A DNA stretch of 64,000 nucleotides, from assembly GCF_009914755.1 (NCBI RefSeq), contig NC_060930.1, one strand, 5' to 3'. Shown in pieces: positions 26,690 to 40,459 of the stretch. The translations under genes and the position numbers were made by a program. Every line of letters starts with the position of its first letter. Within the stretch, counting starts at the first letter, position 1. The notes under the pieces are model-generated. The model was not told the DNA's origin. It ran no database searches and saw only the letters and a program-made list of their open reading frames with translations. The DNA is from the human T2T-CHM13v2.0 reference genome, Homo sapiens.

Positions 26690-27000
26690 GTTTGGATTGT
26701 ATGCGAAGCATATTGAAAAGTCAAGGGAGGTTTTAAACAGAAGGGTAACATGACCTGGATTATGATCAGAAAGTTCACTCAGGCTTCCAGATGGGGAGCA
26801 GATTGAAGGAAGAGAAGGGCAAAGGCAGGGAGAACAATTAGAAGGCTAGTGCAGTGGTCCAGTAGAGAGATCATGTGGCTGGGGCCTCCGTGGGTGGATG
26901 GGTGTCGGTGTTGAAATCATTTAGAGGGTGACAAGAGTACAGATTCAGGATTTTCTTTCGGAGGTGGAGACAAAGAGACTTTCTCATTGATTAGAGCAAG
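26690..27000 (-). mobile_element. L2 fragment (preceded by a MIR piece ~26570-26690)
   Basis: 'ggttttaaacagaagggtaacatgacctggatt...ggcagggagaacaattagaaggctagtgcagtggtccagtagagagat'. Confidence 0.65.
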
Positions 27001-27565
27001 AACAGACACAAAAAATTAACAACAAACTAACAACTTCTTAAAATCACAGGATGAGCTTAGGTAATCCATGCTGTTGGAGAACTGTCTTTCCATTCACTTT
27101 CTCTTTCTCTACCTCCTTTTCCATCAGTGTCCCCATGCAGTTCTTAGTGGCTGAGGAGCTCTCCAGGAGGACATTGTGATCAGTTTATTTCTTAAGTCAC
27201 TTCCTATAATCACTTCTTATATCTTACAGTCTCCTTGGGCCCTACAGAGTGACTAAAGTTTATTTTTTAAAGGTGTTTTCCAATAAATGTAAATTACTTC
27301 ACAGACAACGTCCATAAAAAATACATCATTTGCATTTTAACATGGAATAATTCTTGTTGGAAAGGGCCAAGATAGTGGCCAAGTCAATACGATCATTATT
27401 TAAATCAGAGAGGATCCTTTAGTGTTCCCCAAATGACACCACTTAATTTAAACCTTCAAATTTTAGTTGAAGTAGGACTGTTCCATACTGTCACTGGATA
27501 GTTCTCCTCATGAATTCTGTACATCAGACTTTATGGTGGAGCTTTTAAAAATACATTCACCTGAA

Positions 27566-27612
27566 AACACACACACACATACACACACACATACACACGT
27601 ACACACACACAC
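27566..27612. repeat. Imperfect (CA)n microsatellite within a MER5A-like remnant
   Basis: Seen directly. Confidence 0.85.
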
Positions 27613-27717
27613 AGCCCTGAAAACACATATAAAGGCACACATATGCCTGCATCCCACTCCTGGATCGTAATCTCAGGGGTGAGTCCAGGCAGTGGTATTT
27701 TCTCAAGTTCTATAGCT

Positions 27718-27908
27718 CAGGAGTTGGCCTGTAAAGGGTCACATAGTAAATGTCTTAGACTTTGTGGGCCATGGGGTCTGTCCCTAGGGACTTGACTCTA
27801 TGGGGGCAGCTCAAAATAGGTAAACAAGTGCGTGTGGCTGTGTCTTCCTAAAATGTTATTTACAAACCAGTCAGTGGGTGAGATGTGGCCATAATTTGCT
27901 GAGAACTG
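27718..27908 (+). mobile_element. MER58A (hAT-Charlie)
   Basis: 'ctgtaaagggtcacatagtaaatgtcttagactttgtgggccat...gcgtgtggctgtgt...ttatttacaaa'. Confidence 0.75.
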
Positions 27909-30900
27909 CCCTAGGTGAGGGCTTCACATAGTTCCCCAGCTCCAGGATGTCCCTGCTGGTTTGATTCTGGTTTTGAGGATTTGTGATTCATATCAATCCT
28001 TGATTATCTGTTGCATCAACAATTTATCTTGAATATTTACTACGTGCCAGCACTTACAATATAAATACTGGCTCCTATCTTCAAGTAGTCACAGTTGCTA
28101 GAGAAGAAAAACAAAAATAAAGACAATTAACAATGCCAGGATAAGGATAAGCATCAATATCTATGGGGGGCAGGAGTGGAATTGAAGTGAATGCTGGTGG
28201 TAAAAGGAGGCTCCTCGAAGGAATTTACTTGAATTCTCACTGGTAAGCTTAGCACTAGCCCAAGGTCCCAGAGTCAACTCCATCCTGAAGTAACAGTTTC
28301 CCTGGCAGTCCTGGCCTCTGGCTTCTATGCCTCAGTCCCAAGCTTTAGCCCTATTGCCTGCAGGCTCCTCCCTCCTCTTCGTATCAGTGGTTTTGGGTAA
28401 TCCCAGGTTCCTCATCACTCTGATGCTCCTGACAATGCAACCTGCTGGACCTGCCTCTCTATGGCTCCAGGGATTATTCTGGTACTTGGTCTCTAAAGAC
28501 TGGCACCAGCCTTGTTGTGTCAGGTTGCCTGGCTCTAAAGTGTTGCTTTCTCCCAAAAGACCTCCTCCCATATGCAGGCTCTTTCAACATCACTCAGTCA
28601 ACATACTGTGTCTCCTTCTAGCCCATCTCCTGCCCTGTTTCTTATTAACATTTTGCCTGTCACACTCTTAATTTCTCTATTATTTCTTTCTTTCTATCCA
28701 GCTTGTCTGTTTGTAAGAACTATTCTATATGCCCACTGCAAGCATGGTTTTGAAGCCATTGCTTGTCTCCAGAACTGCTCAGCAGGAAGCAGTGTACCTT
28801 CTAGAAGTTGTGGTGCTTGTGTGGATCTAAACCTGTTTATAATCTTGTGAAATATAATCCTTAGGAGATTATTTCTCTACTTTCTAAAGTTGGCTATGAA
28901 TTTTTTATGCTTTTACAACTGTAGTGGGCAGTTGTTCTGTCCCCTGTGATGTCCCTTGGTATCTATATGAAATTTAGCAACACCACTCACAGTAAGGCTT
29001 CATTAGCTCTGGGTTGAAGCGCATCCAGGAAACAGGCCCCTTGCTTACTCTTTTGGCCTGAAAGCCGTCATGGTGCACAGGCATGGTGAGCCTGGGGATG
29101 TTTCTTCTAATGATATTCAGAAGTTGTCTGAGCTGAGTGAAACATGGCTTTGGTGCTGGCTAAAGCATCCTTTCTGACCAAAGTGTCAGTTAATTTCCAG
29201 AAAGATTAAACTATCCCCACATACACAAATGTTCAAAATTCACAGGCCATCTGGGGTTCCTATGTCTTCACATGAGAGACCCCAGATGGATTATAAATTC
29301 ATCCCTGTGGGTAATAGAGTGCAGTTGCTCCTCAGTCTCTCTACTTTTCCCAGTGGCATCTGATACTATGGCCATGATGAGGTTAATTTATGTGGCTTGA
29401 TACACTTTATCATCTGTCACTTGTACAGCTCTTGCTGTGCCATCTGGTATCTCAGAGGCGGTTTCAGGAAGCAGCGTGCATAACAAGGTATCTGCATTTG
29501 TGAATTCTTTCAAGCATTTATAGGTAATAGCTAAAAGATATTTTGAGAAGCCAGTGCCCATCTCTGCCATGGATCACCACTAACATGGATAATCTGACAT
29601 GAGTTTCAAACAAAGCCTGCTGTACTTTGCAGGAAAACACATCTGAATTAGTCTGCAATCACCAATATTGATGGAATCTATTTATTTCAAGACCCTGAAG
29701 ATCTCTATCAGGCTGAGAATATCTTACTGGGCTCTTGTGTGAATCAGGAAAAGGCAGAGACAATGGCTTACTATCAAACATGATGGATGATGAGACAGAA
29801 CAGCACATACTAGCATGAAAAATTGTTTAAATAAAAAATCCTGCAGCAAAATGCCTAAGTGCCCCTACTATAATGATTTCATATCCATGTCTCATTTTCA
29901 GCAATGTGTTAGGACCTCAAGAGAGCACAACAAAACATTAAATAGGTAAAACCATGAGAAACAGATAGAAAATATACTCGGAGGAAGTGGGGATGTTGAA
30001 TCGACACAGCATGGACCATTATGTCTGTCAGTCAGCCTGTGATTTGCATTCCACTATGCCAGGAGCCGGGGACAGGGCTGAGGTGGGGGTGGGAGAAATT
30101 ATGAATGTTAGGGCTCTTGCTCTCCAGACACCACAATTTATTTGGGGGTGTAAGATACAAAGGTATATATTTTTAGTAAATACTCAGGTAGAAAGAGAAC
30201 CAAATCAGTGAGTGTCTTAAAAGAGACAGTATAGCAGAGTATGGCAAATTTCTTGAAAGAAATTAGTGTTAAGCCAGGTTCTGAAGAAGTGAAGAATGAC
30301 CTTTATAAAGGAAGCTGGAAAGTGTGCAGGATGATGCAAAGGTCAAGAGGCAAAGCCTGACTATTTTATGAAGGGTATGGCCATCCAGGAACTTAAGCAA
30401 AACATAGGGGTCCCTGGTGAGAGATGGAGTCAGTGGAACAAGAAGAGTTACTTAGTGCGGGTTGTAATATAATACGCTGAGACTTTGAAATTTAATTTAT
30501 TGGGCATCACAGAGCCATTGTACGTTTTCAAGAAGATGTTGAATGAAAGTAGAGTTTGAGGGGAAGATTACTGCAGCAGCAGTATGCATTGGAATGTCAA
30601 ATATGAATGCAAGAACAGCGATGACATATTCAAGAACTTTCCTAATGTTTACAGCTGAACCGCAGTTAAATATAATAAACTGCAGTTAAAATATTATTAT
30701 AAGATAGCTCTAGTGCATGGAATATTAAAGGTAACCCATCGTTTAAAAAACAATTTTCCTGTCAATAATGAGTTTACAAATATCACCCCATGTCTTCCCA
30801 CCTCTCAGCATTTCTCTCTATATTAGAGGACTAAGTAAACATGAGCCAATAGATGCTGCCCACACAGCCAAAGACGGTCTGGAGATCTGTACTCTGAGAA

Positions 30901-31592
30901 CTGCAATAAAAATCACTGAGTTTAACTGAAAAGTCATTTGATTAAAAAGAACCCTTTGAAAACCATCTATTCTGTGTAGGATCATCTCTTGGCACTTTCT
31001 GATTATGAATTTCTAGAAAGGAAAATCTAGGTTTTATGTTTGAGAGACACCTCTCATCGGGAAAGCCTAGCTGAGCCAGTACTATGTTTCTGACAGTGGT
31101 TAAGAACAAAGAATTTCATCCGAAGAGGAAGGGTTGCTCTTGCCATTGATGCCTAGAGATTGGAGAAGTAGCCTGGCCAGGCTTATGCACTATTTTAATC
31201 CACTCTGCTGTTCTCCCCCAGCACTGCACACTCAGAAATCTGTCATAGTCATTTTGATCCCGTGTCTATTCAGCCAAGGGCTGGCGGACAGTAGGGGCTC
31301 AATAAATGTTCATGAAATGAAATAAGCTATGTGTTTGTATTGTCCACTTTCTGAGAAAACAACCTTTTCTTTTCCCTGCTGAAATGCCTTATTCAAATTT
31401 CTGGACTGTGGCCTGGCAATCTTGGAGTCATTGTTGAGGAGATCATCTTTGCCATCTGACAGTTCCCCTCTGCCAGTATATATTCTGCTGGTTGGACATG
31501 GAATTTTTTTTTCTTTTGTTTTGTAGCTCTGGGTGGAGTAACACATGACTTTCTTGGGCAATGTCAGCCACTCATCCCTCTTTTATCTAGTC

Positions 31593-31802
31593 TAGGGGTC
31601 AGCAACTTTTTCTGCAAAAGGTCAGATGCAAACATTTTAGACTTTTTGGGCTGTATGGTTCTTCACAACTAACTCTGTTGTTATAGTGTGAAAGCAGCAT
31701 AGACAAAGCATAAACAAATGGGTTTGGCTGTGTTCAATCAAACTTTATTTACAGAATAGGTAGTAGTCATATTTGGCCTCCAGGCTATAGTTTACTCACT
31801 CA
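31593..31802 (+). mobile_element. MER58A (hAT-Charlie)
   Basis: 'aggggtcagcaactttttctgcaaaaggtcaga...tttggctgtgttcaatcaaactttatttaca'; 8-bp near-TSD atctagtc/atttagtc. Confidence 0.85.
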
Positions 31803-32525
31803 ATTTAGTCTATAAATTATAACGTCCTTAATATATTGTTTTGAGTATTGTAATGTTTCTACTTGCTGACATTTAGTCAGTATCTCCTGCCTTCTTTCTT
31901 TTTGGTACCAACCATCACTTTTGCATTTATTTTTGTGCCACTCATTACTTTTGCACCCATGATTAAACAGGGGGATTAGGCCTTGCCAAACTTTGTTGTT
32001 TATGCGCTGTGGGCACTCAATTCCTTTAACACACAACCCACTCTGTCCTGTGAAGTGAGTTTTTTTTACAGTAGCAGGTGATTCTGGCAATAATACATCA
32101 AAATTCAATAAAGTTGGCAAATTCTTTCTTTGGAGCTGTCATTAACCTGTGAGTTATTTCAGCAGAATATTATTTGTGTTTCTATTACAGTTAGTAGTTA
32201 AGTTTTTCTTGGCTCCCTTGATACTGTGGAGTCTTTAAATATTTATTCACTCATATTTTTGACCTTCTTTGAAGAGCTAAGGGCCATAATGAGAAACTTA
32301 CCTTCTCTCAGTTGCCTTTTCTTGACCTGGGCTCTATGCTTTATGCTTTCTGAAAGAAGGGAAAATTATATAGACATAGCGGTTATTAAACTGTCTTCTG
32401 TGAGGTACCAGGTTTCTTTGAATCACCTATGGGGATCCTTTAAGTGCTGATGTACTTACTTGCAGAAAATACATTCCTTACATCACCATCAAGATATCTG
32501 AGGGTGGCGGGCATAGATATATGTT

Positions 32526-32868
32526 TGCTATAGTTTCGGTGTCCCTTCCAAAACTCATGTTGAAATGTAATTGCCATTGTGATGGTAATAAAAGGTAGGG
32601 CCCATAAGAGGTAATTAGGCCATGAGGGGTCTAATTAATGCCAATATTGCAAGAGTGGTTGTTATAGAAGTGAGTTTGGCTCTTCCTTGCTCTTGTGCTC
32701 TCTAGCCCATCCACTTTCTGCCATAGGATGATGCAGCATGAAGGCCTTTGCCAGTGCCAAGTTTTTGGACTTTCCAGCTTCCAGAAGCATGAGCCAAAAG
32801 TCTTCTATTGCTTATAAATTACCCAGTCTTAGATATTCTGTTACAGCAACACAAAACAAACCAAGACA
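32526..32868 (+). mobile_element. MSTC solo LTR (ERVL-MaLR)
   Basis: TGCTATAGTTT...CAAAACTCATGTTGAAATGTAATTGCCATTGT...ATATTCTGTTACAGCAACACAAAACAAACCAAGACA. Confidence 0.85.
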
Positions 32869-35800
32869 GTACTGTGCAATGAAAACCTCACAGCTTGGAA
32901 GAAAATAGATAAAGGAATTTCTCCAGATTGTATCAGTCTTGAGGCATACAGTAATGACAAATGCCATCTTAGGGCTCTTGTATTTGCAAGGTTTTATTTG
33001 GTTCTTTTATACTACTCTCGTTTGTAAATGTTGAGTTGTTGCAGAAACCCATGTACATTTTGTCACAGTCTCCTTTATGAATATTATTCCTGAACTACTT
33101 CTTTCTGCTTTTTCTAAGCTATCATGGTTGATCCCCCTCCATCAGAATTAGAATATCTATTTATAACATTGCCCAATTAATACATTAAAATAAATCTTAT
33201 TAAAATGCACAATACTATTGTCAAAGAAATAGTGTTTTATTACCTGAGATATATAAGACAGGTTGATTAAAGAATAAAGAAGTAAAATATGAGAAGAAAT
33301 TGTCATCCCTCCTTTACAACAGGGAAAAAATAAACTTTTGCTTTTAATTGCTGAGATTCTCAGTGAGTGGCTTTCTTGTGCAAAACAAATGAACAACAAC
33401 AACAACAACAAAATCCTCGGTGAATACAGAGCTATAAATCTATCAGAGATCCCTGGTCAGGGCTACACTCTGGGCAAGGGATTTAGGTCTGTGTATTCTG
33501 ATCCCAAGTTAGTTACATGCATTTCCTGGTTTTATCTTTTAAAAACCCTTCACCATTACCATTTAAAACTTATTTATAAGCAATGAGCCCTGCATACATT
33601 TGCTATTGAAGAAATCAATAATTCTAAGTCCTAAGTCTTTCCAAATTTGGCAAGGTTGTCTTGCAGAGCTGGCAAATTCTGCCAATCCTGAGAAACTAGT
33701 ATGAAATACTAGATTTGGAGATGGCTAAGGGCATTTCCCATTTCATTAACATTTAGAACACATTAAGGACTAGTAATAAATATAGCATAGCCATTGGACT
33801 TCTGCCCCAAGCTCAGGGGGGAGGGAGACTTTAGCGGGAGCTTCCTGCTACTGAAGTGTGATAAGGTAGGAGAGGGGTCATACAAACTCCAGATCTCAAA
33901 ATAGGAACATTAAACCAGGAAGGAAGTAGGAAAAAAATCTTTTTTTTTTTTTAGGTCTTACAGCTGATGGAGATGTTATCATCAAAAATATAGAGCTGAC
34001 TTGTGGGGTGGGAGCACAGGGAGAAATGTAGGAATCACCCTGCTGTTTCTCTTGGCCCTTGAGAGAATGTCAAAATAAACACACCGAGGTCCGTACGCAG
34101 AGGCTGTCAGCAGTCTGGGCACTGTGTAGACCACATGTAAAGGGACTTGGTAGTACACAGCAAACCAGTCTTTGTTTGCATAATTGTTTCAAAGATAGAA
34201 GAGAGAAAAATTTCTTTTTTGCATCAGAGAACAAATGTAGACAGTGATAATTACAGAAGCAGACTATGTGGAGACCATGACGAGGGTTTGCATTTAGCCT
34301 AATCTCCTTTTCTTAGCTATACTTTGCCATATTTTAAATGTTATGGGGAAAAACGGGTAGGGCACATAAATTTAGTTGGTAGAAGAGAAAATGCCCTTGC
34401 ACTTTGTATAAACATAACATCCATGGCATCAGGCCTACAAGTGTCATGTAATCTGTCTTTAAGGCAGAGTTCAGGCTATGTGAGTGAGGCCACCCTGTTA
34501 GATGGCTCAGTGTTCTGAGAGTTATATGCTGCCCAGGGAGGAAGAGGGCTCTTCTCGAGGCTTCTGCTATAAAACATGATTGAAAATGACAGGCAATAAA
34601 AATTCAGATGACCTGAATTACATAGTTTGATTTGATTTGACTAAGCCCATATTCCACATACTCAGTTAGGATATACACATTTCAGAGAGGGAAATGCTTA
34701 ACTAATTAATGACAACTCACTCAACATGCATTTCCAATTTAAATACCTGTATTAAACCCTTACTTTATTACTATATTTCTTCCTGTTCTTCTTTGATTGA
34801 CAATAGTTACCAGAAATTGGGCTAATCACTTTATATTTATTTAATGAAATCCTTCAATGAGTTCAATTCCATTATTTTCATCTTATAGACTTGGTTAGGT
34901 TATGTATCCAAGAGTGTACATAGCTCATAAATGCAGGAGGTGGCATCGGAACCCAGGTCAGTTTGACATCAAAACCCCTCCGTCTAATCTGCAGTAGTTC
35001 CTCTTCTAAAATGACACACTGTTTTCTTCAGCATATTTAGTTATGTTGAAGTTTTCATGTTGTAAGTGGTTTAGTCATTGAACAAAGGACGGGCTCTATA
35101 CATATTCCTAGAAAGTACCCCTCCATCCTCAGTGTGCCTCTATTAAAGAGAGGCCTCTACCAGCTGAGTTTAAATGTGAGCCCTGCTATTCAATTCCCCC
35201 TCCTTCTGCCAATATATTTTTTCTACTTCTGCAAGTTGAAGAAGTGAGTTTGACTAAATAGCGATTGAGGTTTTGGTGGAGTGAGTTTTGGAGAACTGAT
35301 GAGAAGGTAGTAAAAAAGAGTGAAACGTGGTTACTTAAGTGTCTTAGGCAATGCCATTACTGTAGCCAGTGAAGCTGCCATTGCGGTTTCCTCCAAAGAA
35401 CTGAGGTTTTTGACTCCCAGTACTCAAGAGTTTTGTGTCATAAACAAAATGACCTACTGATATATGAGAAGAGTCATATTTCTTTCCCTTGCCTGCTTCT
35501 CCTTCCTCCTTCTCTTCCTGGAAGTATGTGTGCAGAGGCTTGTGGTGCACTGAGGGAGAAGATGATGCAGAGCTCTTTGCTGCAGATAGAGAGGCCTTGG
35601 CTTATAGCTTCTCATTATGGACTGTGCTGAGTGTGCCCTTCTGGGACCTGGGCCTGCTACAGTGTGAAGGCTGTCTGAATTCGTTTCACTGGTGTTCCCA
35701 ACCACATTCTAGACCAAATGTGGAATGGCTCAGACTTGGAAAAGAATAGTGGAATTTAACAAACTATGAGTGGTTGTATAGGGTTGAAAACTTTAAGAAA

Positions 35801-38117
35801 GATTACCTGGGAAAAGAAAATGAAGGAATTGAAAGTGATCTTTATTCTGATAGGTAGGCAGTGAATGGGTCACTGGTTCAGGCACTGCAGTAATTCTGGA
35901 CAGAACCTGCTCAATGTGTGATTTATCATTGTCAGAAATAAAAATTGCCTTTGCATTTATCATTCTACCTCCAAATTCTATTATATCTGCTAAACTCACA
36001 ATCTCTCTTTTGCTGTTCCCACTTCTATTCCTTATAAAAACTATAGTGGGCAAGCATTTTCCTCTATGCTGACCCCAATAAGTTGAAAATACACATGGAG
36101 GTCGGGATAGAAAAACATACAATTCCATAATGCTAGCGACATCTGTTTATCTCAACATCTTTGTGGTGACATTGCGCTCCCCAAGGACCTGCCTTTATTC
36201 ACTCAGCTGTTGATTCTTTGCCAGGAGGACATTCCACCATATTAATCCTGCTGATGGCCTGTCTGTGTAGATAGATTTTTAAACCACTAATTTAAAAAAC
36301 TACTTAATACCTCTATTGATAATTATTATGTAATTCCATATTTCTTAGCTCTTAGCAACATAGTTCACATTCTTTAAAACTGCTAAAATTAGAAAAATAT
36401 TTCTAATAGTTGTTCAGTATATTTTCCAGTATATCAAATTTTCCATTAATAATTTTATATATTAAAAAAGTACATGTGTACATCTATGCACATTAAATTA
36501 TAAATGTAATAATATTTAATAAAATGTTCATGGTTCGTGTTTAGACTCATGAAAAGCTCAGGTTAACTGCTATGGTTTATCAGTATACAGTAAGTGTTGG
36601 ACATTGTGAAACATTCACTCCTATGTCTGTTTGATGGATGTTGCTTATGTCTTAAGTATGGCTATATATTACCAGATGGAAGAAACCTATGTACCAAAAG
36701 CTGAAATCTATATACTTGACTCTAGCTTCTCTGAGTAGAAAAACTTTGGGGAATAAAGAGTACTAATAGAAAATGCATTCTGAGTCTATGCTGTAGCTGT
36801 GAACAACAAAGAAAGTATTTTGAATGCAAACATTATTTTCTTTCAACTGTGGTAAGGAATGTCACAGTTGGACTGAAGTCTTGTTAGCTCTTGTGTCAAA
36901 CTGGAATAATGTTTCTATCAGAACATGTCTCATTTTAAAAATTATGCATTGTAACTGTAAATGTTGGCAGACCCATATTTCAAACTGGGCAACGAACTAG
37001 TTTTAAAACAAAAAGTTTAAAGATTCTTTAGATGCAGAATTTTATTAGCTTTGATTTCTATATCCAGTTAAAGAAAGGTTTCTGTGTGTTCTTTCAATGG
37101 CTTAGGTTGCCTATATAATTAATATTTCTAGTTTTCAACTAATCAGGAAAAAATCACTTTGACATACATCTGGCTCAAAATGGTGGTGGACAGGCTAATA
37201 GGTGAGAAGTAAAGTCTGTGAGAAATGGTGGGAAATAAGGATTATTTATTTTGCCACCAGCTCTGTGTGAGGTGATTAGAAAAATAATAAGTTATCAAAG
37301 TTTAATCTTTGATCTAAAGAGCAAAAATTTGAGCCATGGATTGACTTGTACTTCAAATTTGCAAAAGACATGGATGAAAGGAAAAAAAACCCTAGATTTA
37401 TTAAGTATATACTAAGTACCAGGAGAAATTCTATAAGTCATGAGTATGTTCTGTTTCTTAATAAATTTAAGTAAATTACCATGTGGTTGACTTACACAGT
37501 ATCATCAAGTACAGGCATTCATATTGAATATAATGAGTAATACCTGGTAGTAAACCTAATACAAGCACATATCTCAATGAATGTGATCTATATTCCTCTT
37601 ATTAAAGCCTCTGTTATCTTTGTGTAAAATTTATTATTTATTCATTTTTAGTTTCCCTTCCACTTATGGGACAGATTTGTTTTTTCAAATTGTAGCTAAC
37701 AACATGCCAATATGCCAATGTGAGTCTTTATGAAGGCAATGTCTTTATGGCCAAAGAACAAAAAATGCTTAAAATATTTTGAAACTAACATCATTTTTAA
37801 AATTCTGTATTCAGTGTTGCATGAACTAGTTAGCGGTCAAGAATTCCTGGAGGACATAGGTATAGTTTTCTCCCACTGCTCCTAAGTTATCAGCAGAAAA
37901 CAGCTGGGGAGGAATTTTCCTGAACCCCATTTCTGATCTGAAAAAAAATTTTATAGAGTGTTTAACTGGAACACGATCAGTTGATCCTGAATAGAGTAGC
38001 TGTAGTGGCTTTTATTGCTTCTTCAAAATTTCTTTGCTTGACTCTGTTAACGACAAAGCTGAGAATGTAGCCCCTTCCCCATTGTAGCAATGAGCAATTG
38101 ATGATTGCACATTTTGT

Positions 38118-38131
38118 GTTGCCATGGCAAT
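38118..38131. promoter_or_regulatory. RFX X-box motif
   Basis: GTTGCCATGGCAAT, a 13/14 match to the palindromic GTTGCCATGGCAAC, in non-repeat DNA. Confidence 0.55.
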
Positions 38132-38149
38132 TGCTCAGTTAATGCTGCT

Positions 38150-38320
38150 TTCCCCTCCATCCCTCCCTCCCTGCATCCTTAATTTCTTTCCTTCCTTCCT
38201 TCTTTCCTTCCTCCGTTTCTTCCTTCCTTCCTTCCTTCCTTCCTTCCTTCCTTCCTTCCTTCCTTCCTTCCTTCCTTCCTTCTGTGCTTCCCTCCCTCCT
38301 TCCCTCTCTTTCTTTCTTTC
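38150..38320. repeat. (TTCC)n polypyrimidine tract
   Basis: About 15 perfect CCTT units (38220-38282) with degenerate flanks. Confidence 0.95.
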
Positions 38321-39559
38321 TGAAAGCAGTGAATGGTGAGGAATATAGATTTGGGTACTAAAAGATTTAATTTCAATAGAAGTCCCAAGACTTATTATAA
38401 TTGCTCTTAAAATTATATGGTGATGGTTTGAGCTGTTAACTCTGTCTTCTGTACCTATACAAAATATATGGATGTTTTATTTAGAAACATAAAATGTGAA
38501 TTGATATTAAGAAATTTCCCCCCTTTTCTTCTCAACCAAAGGTATTCTATAGATTACTTTGAAATGAAAATGTTACCTGGGTGTGTGAGCTGAGAGTTTG
38601 GACTTTTCATCTGACAATGAATGACACCGTATTTGACCTTGAAGAGGGTACTGGACCTTACCATTGTCTATATGTAGAAGCAGGAATGATTCAGATACCT
38701 AATGATTATTAAAAATGCTTTGATGCCTCAAATGAAATAACTACATGCTTTAGAATTAAATATTTAAAATGGATATAATTTCATGATTTTTCATTATTTC
38801 ATTGTGAAGAAAATGTGTTTCAGGAATTACAAAACTGTCTTAGAGTCAAATATAATAAAGCATAGCATTGTTAATAGGCTTACATAGAAAATTAATAAAA
38901 ATCCAAATCTAAATTCAGGTTCACTGGGTTTTCATTTTTTAAATCGATTTCTTTTCATGGCTTTTGATATTCTTTCTCCTGTGATTCATCAAAGAGAATA
39001 ATAAGAGGTATTATTATTGTTGTTTGTGAAGGTAAAACATATTGTGTCATTAGATCAATGTCCTCTCATCAAATTTGGTTATGTCCTGGTTCAGAAGTGC
39101 TTATGTAACTTAAGCAAATATAAAATATATTTGATTCTTAGTTTCCTCATCTGTAGAGTTTTTGTGATTTATTAATAAAATAGGGCTTTTATGTTATATA
39201 ATATCTACATCAGAAGACATTTTGTAAGAATTAGATTAAGATAAGTATAAAATGCTTCTCAAACTCTAATGAGTTATACAATGTATGGCCTTATTTTTGA
39301 AGGCAGCATGTGGCCCAAGTAGAGAGGGCATTAATATTAGGCTTACAAGTGTTGACTTTATTTGTTGTGTAATGGGAAAGACCTGAAAGATTTTAGAAAA
39401 GGCAGTACAAATGCCAAAGTAGAACTTGGGGAAGATTTAACCTTGCAGCAGTTTGTGTGACAGACCAAGAAACAAATAGAATGATGGTTGTGGTATAGGA
39501 TAGTTAGAAGACTAGTACAATATTCAGGTGAGAGATAAAGAAGGATCTGAACCAGGTAA

Positions 39560-39845
<286 letters not shown>

Positions 39846-39874
39846 AAGTATAATTAAAAAAAAAAAAAAAATCA

Positions 39875-40153
39875 GGCCGGGCGCGGTGGCTCACACCTGT
39901 AATCCCAGTACTTTGGAAGGCCGAGGCGGGCGGATCACGAGGCCAGGAGATGGAGACCATCCTGGTTAACACAGTGAAACCCCGTCTCTACTAAAAATAC
40001 AAAAAATTAGCCGGGCGAGGTGGCGGGCGCCTGTAGTCCCAGCTACAAGGGAGGCTGAGGCAGGAGAATGGCGTGAACCCCAGGGGGCAGAGCCTGCAGT
40101 GAGCCGAGATCGCGCCACTGCACTCCAGCCTGGGTGACAGCGAGACTCCGTCT

Positions 40154-40184
<31 letters not shown>
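39875..40184 (+). mobile_element. AluY (AluYe-like), full length
   Basis: AluY diagnostics plus 'gggcgaggtgg', 'gaaccccagggggcagagcctgcag' and 'gacagcgagactcc'; many CpGs retained; pure poly-A; TSD A(n)TCA. Confidence 0.93.
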
Positions 40185-40187
<3 letters not shown>

Positions 40188-40459
40188 GGTAGGTGCAAAA
40201 GACATAGCAATAGAATCTTTGGGATTTTAAGTTTAAGAATCTTTGAAATTTACACTTTAAGAATGAAGATGAGGCATTAAGAACGAATGAAATATGGCTT
40301 AGAAGTTTAAATCTCAGGCATATATGACAAAATTAGAAAATTTAGGAGAGGAAATTGGTGCTTATAAAAGATGATAAATTAGCTTTAGCATATGTTGACT
40401 TTGAGGAGTTGGGAGGGCACCCCACTTAATGACAAGAAACATTAAATGAAATCAGAGAG

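Noticed and set aside
30658-30700. Imperfect 20-bp direct repeat with CAGTTA (MYB-like) motifs
   Set aside because: Short, AT-rich and degenerate; an ordinary slippage product
31940-31960. ATTACTTTTGCACC resembling a MADE1/Hsmar1 TIR
   Set aside because: Only 14 bp, with no partner inverted repeat
38124-38388. LPSF / EGRK repeat ORFs
   Set aside because: Translation of the (TTCC)n repeat
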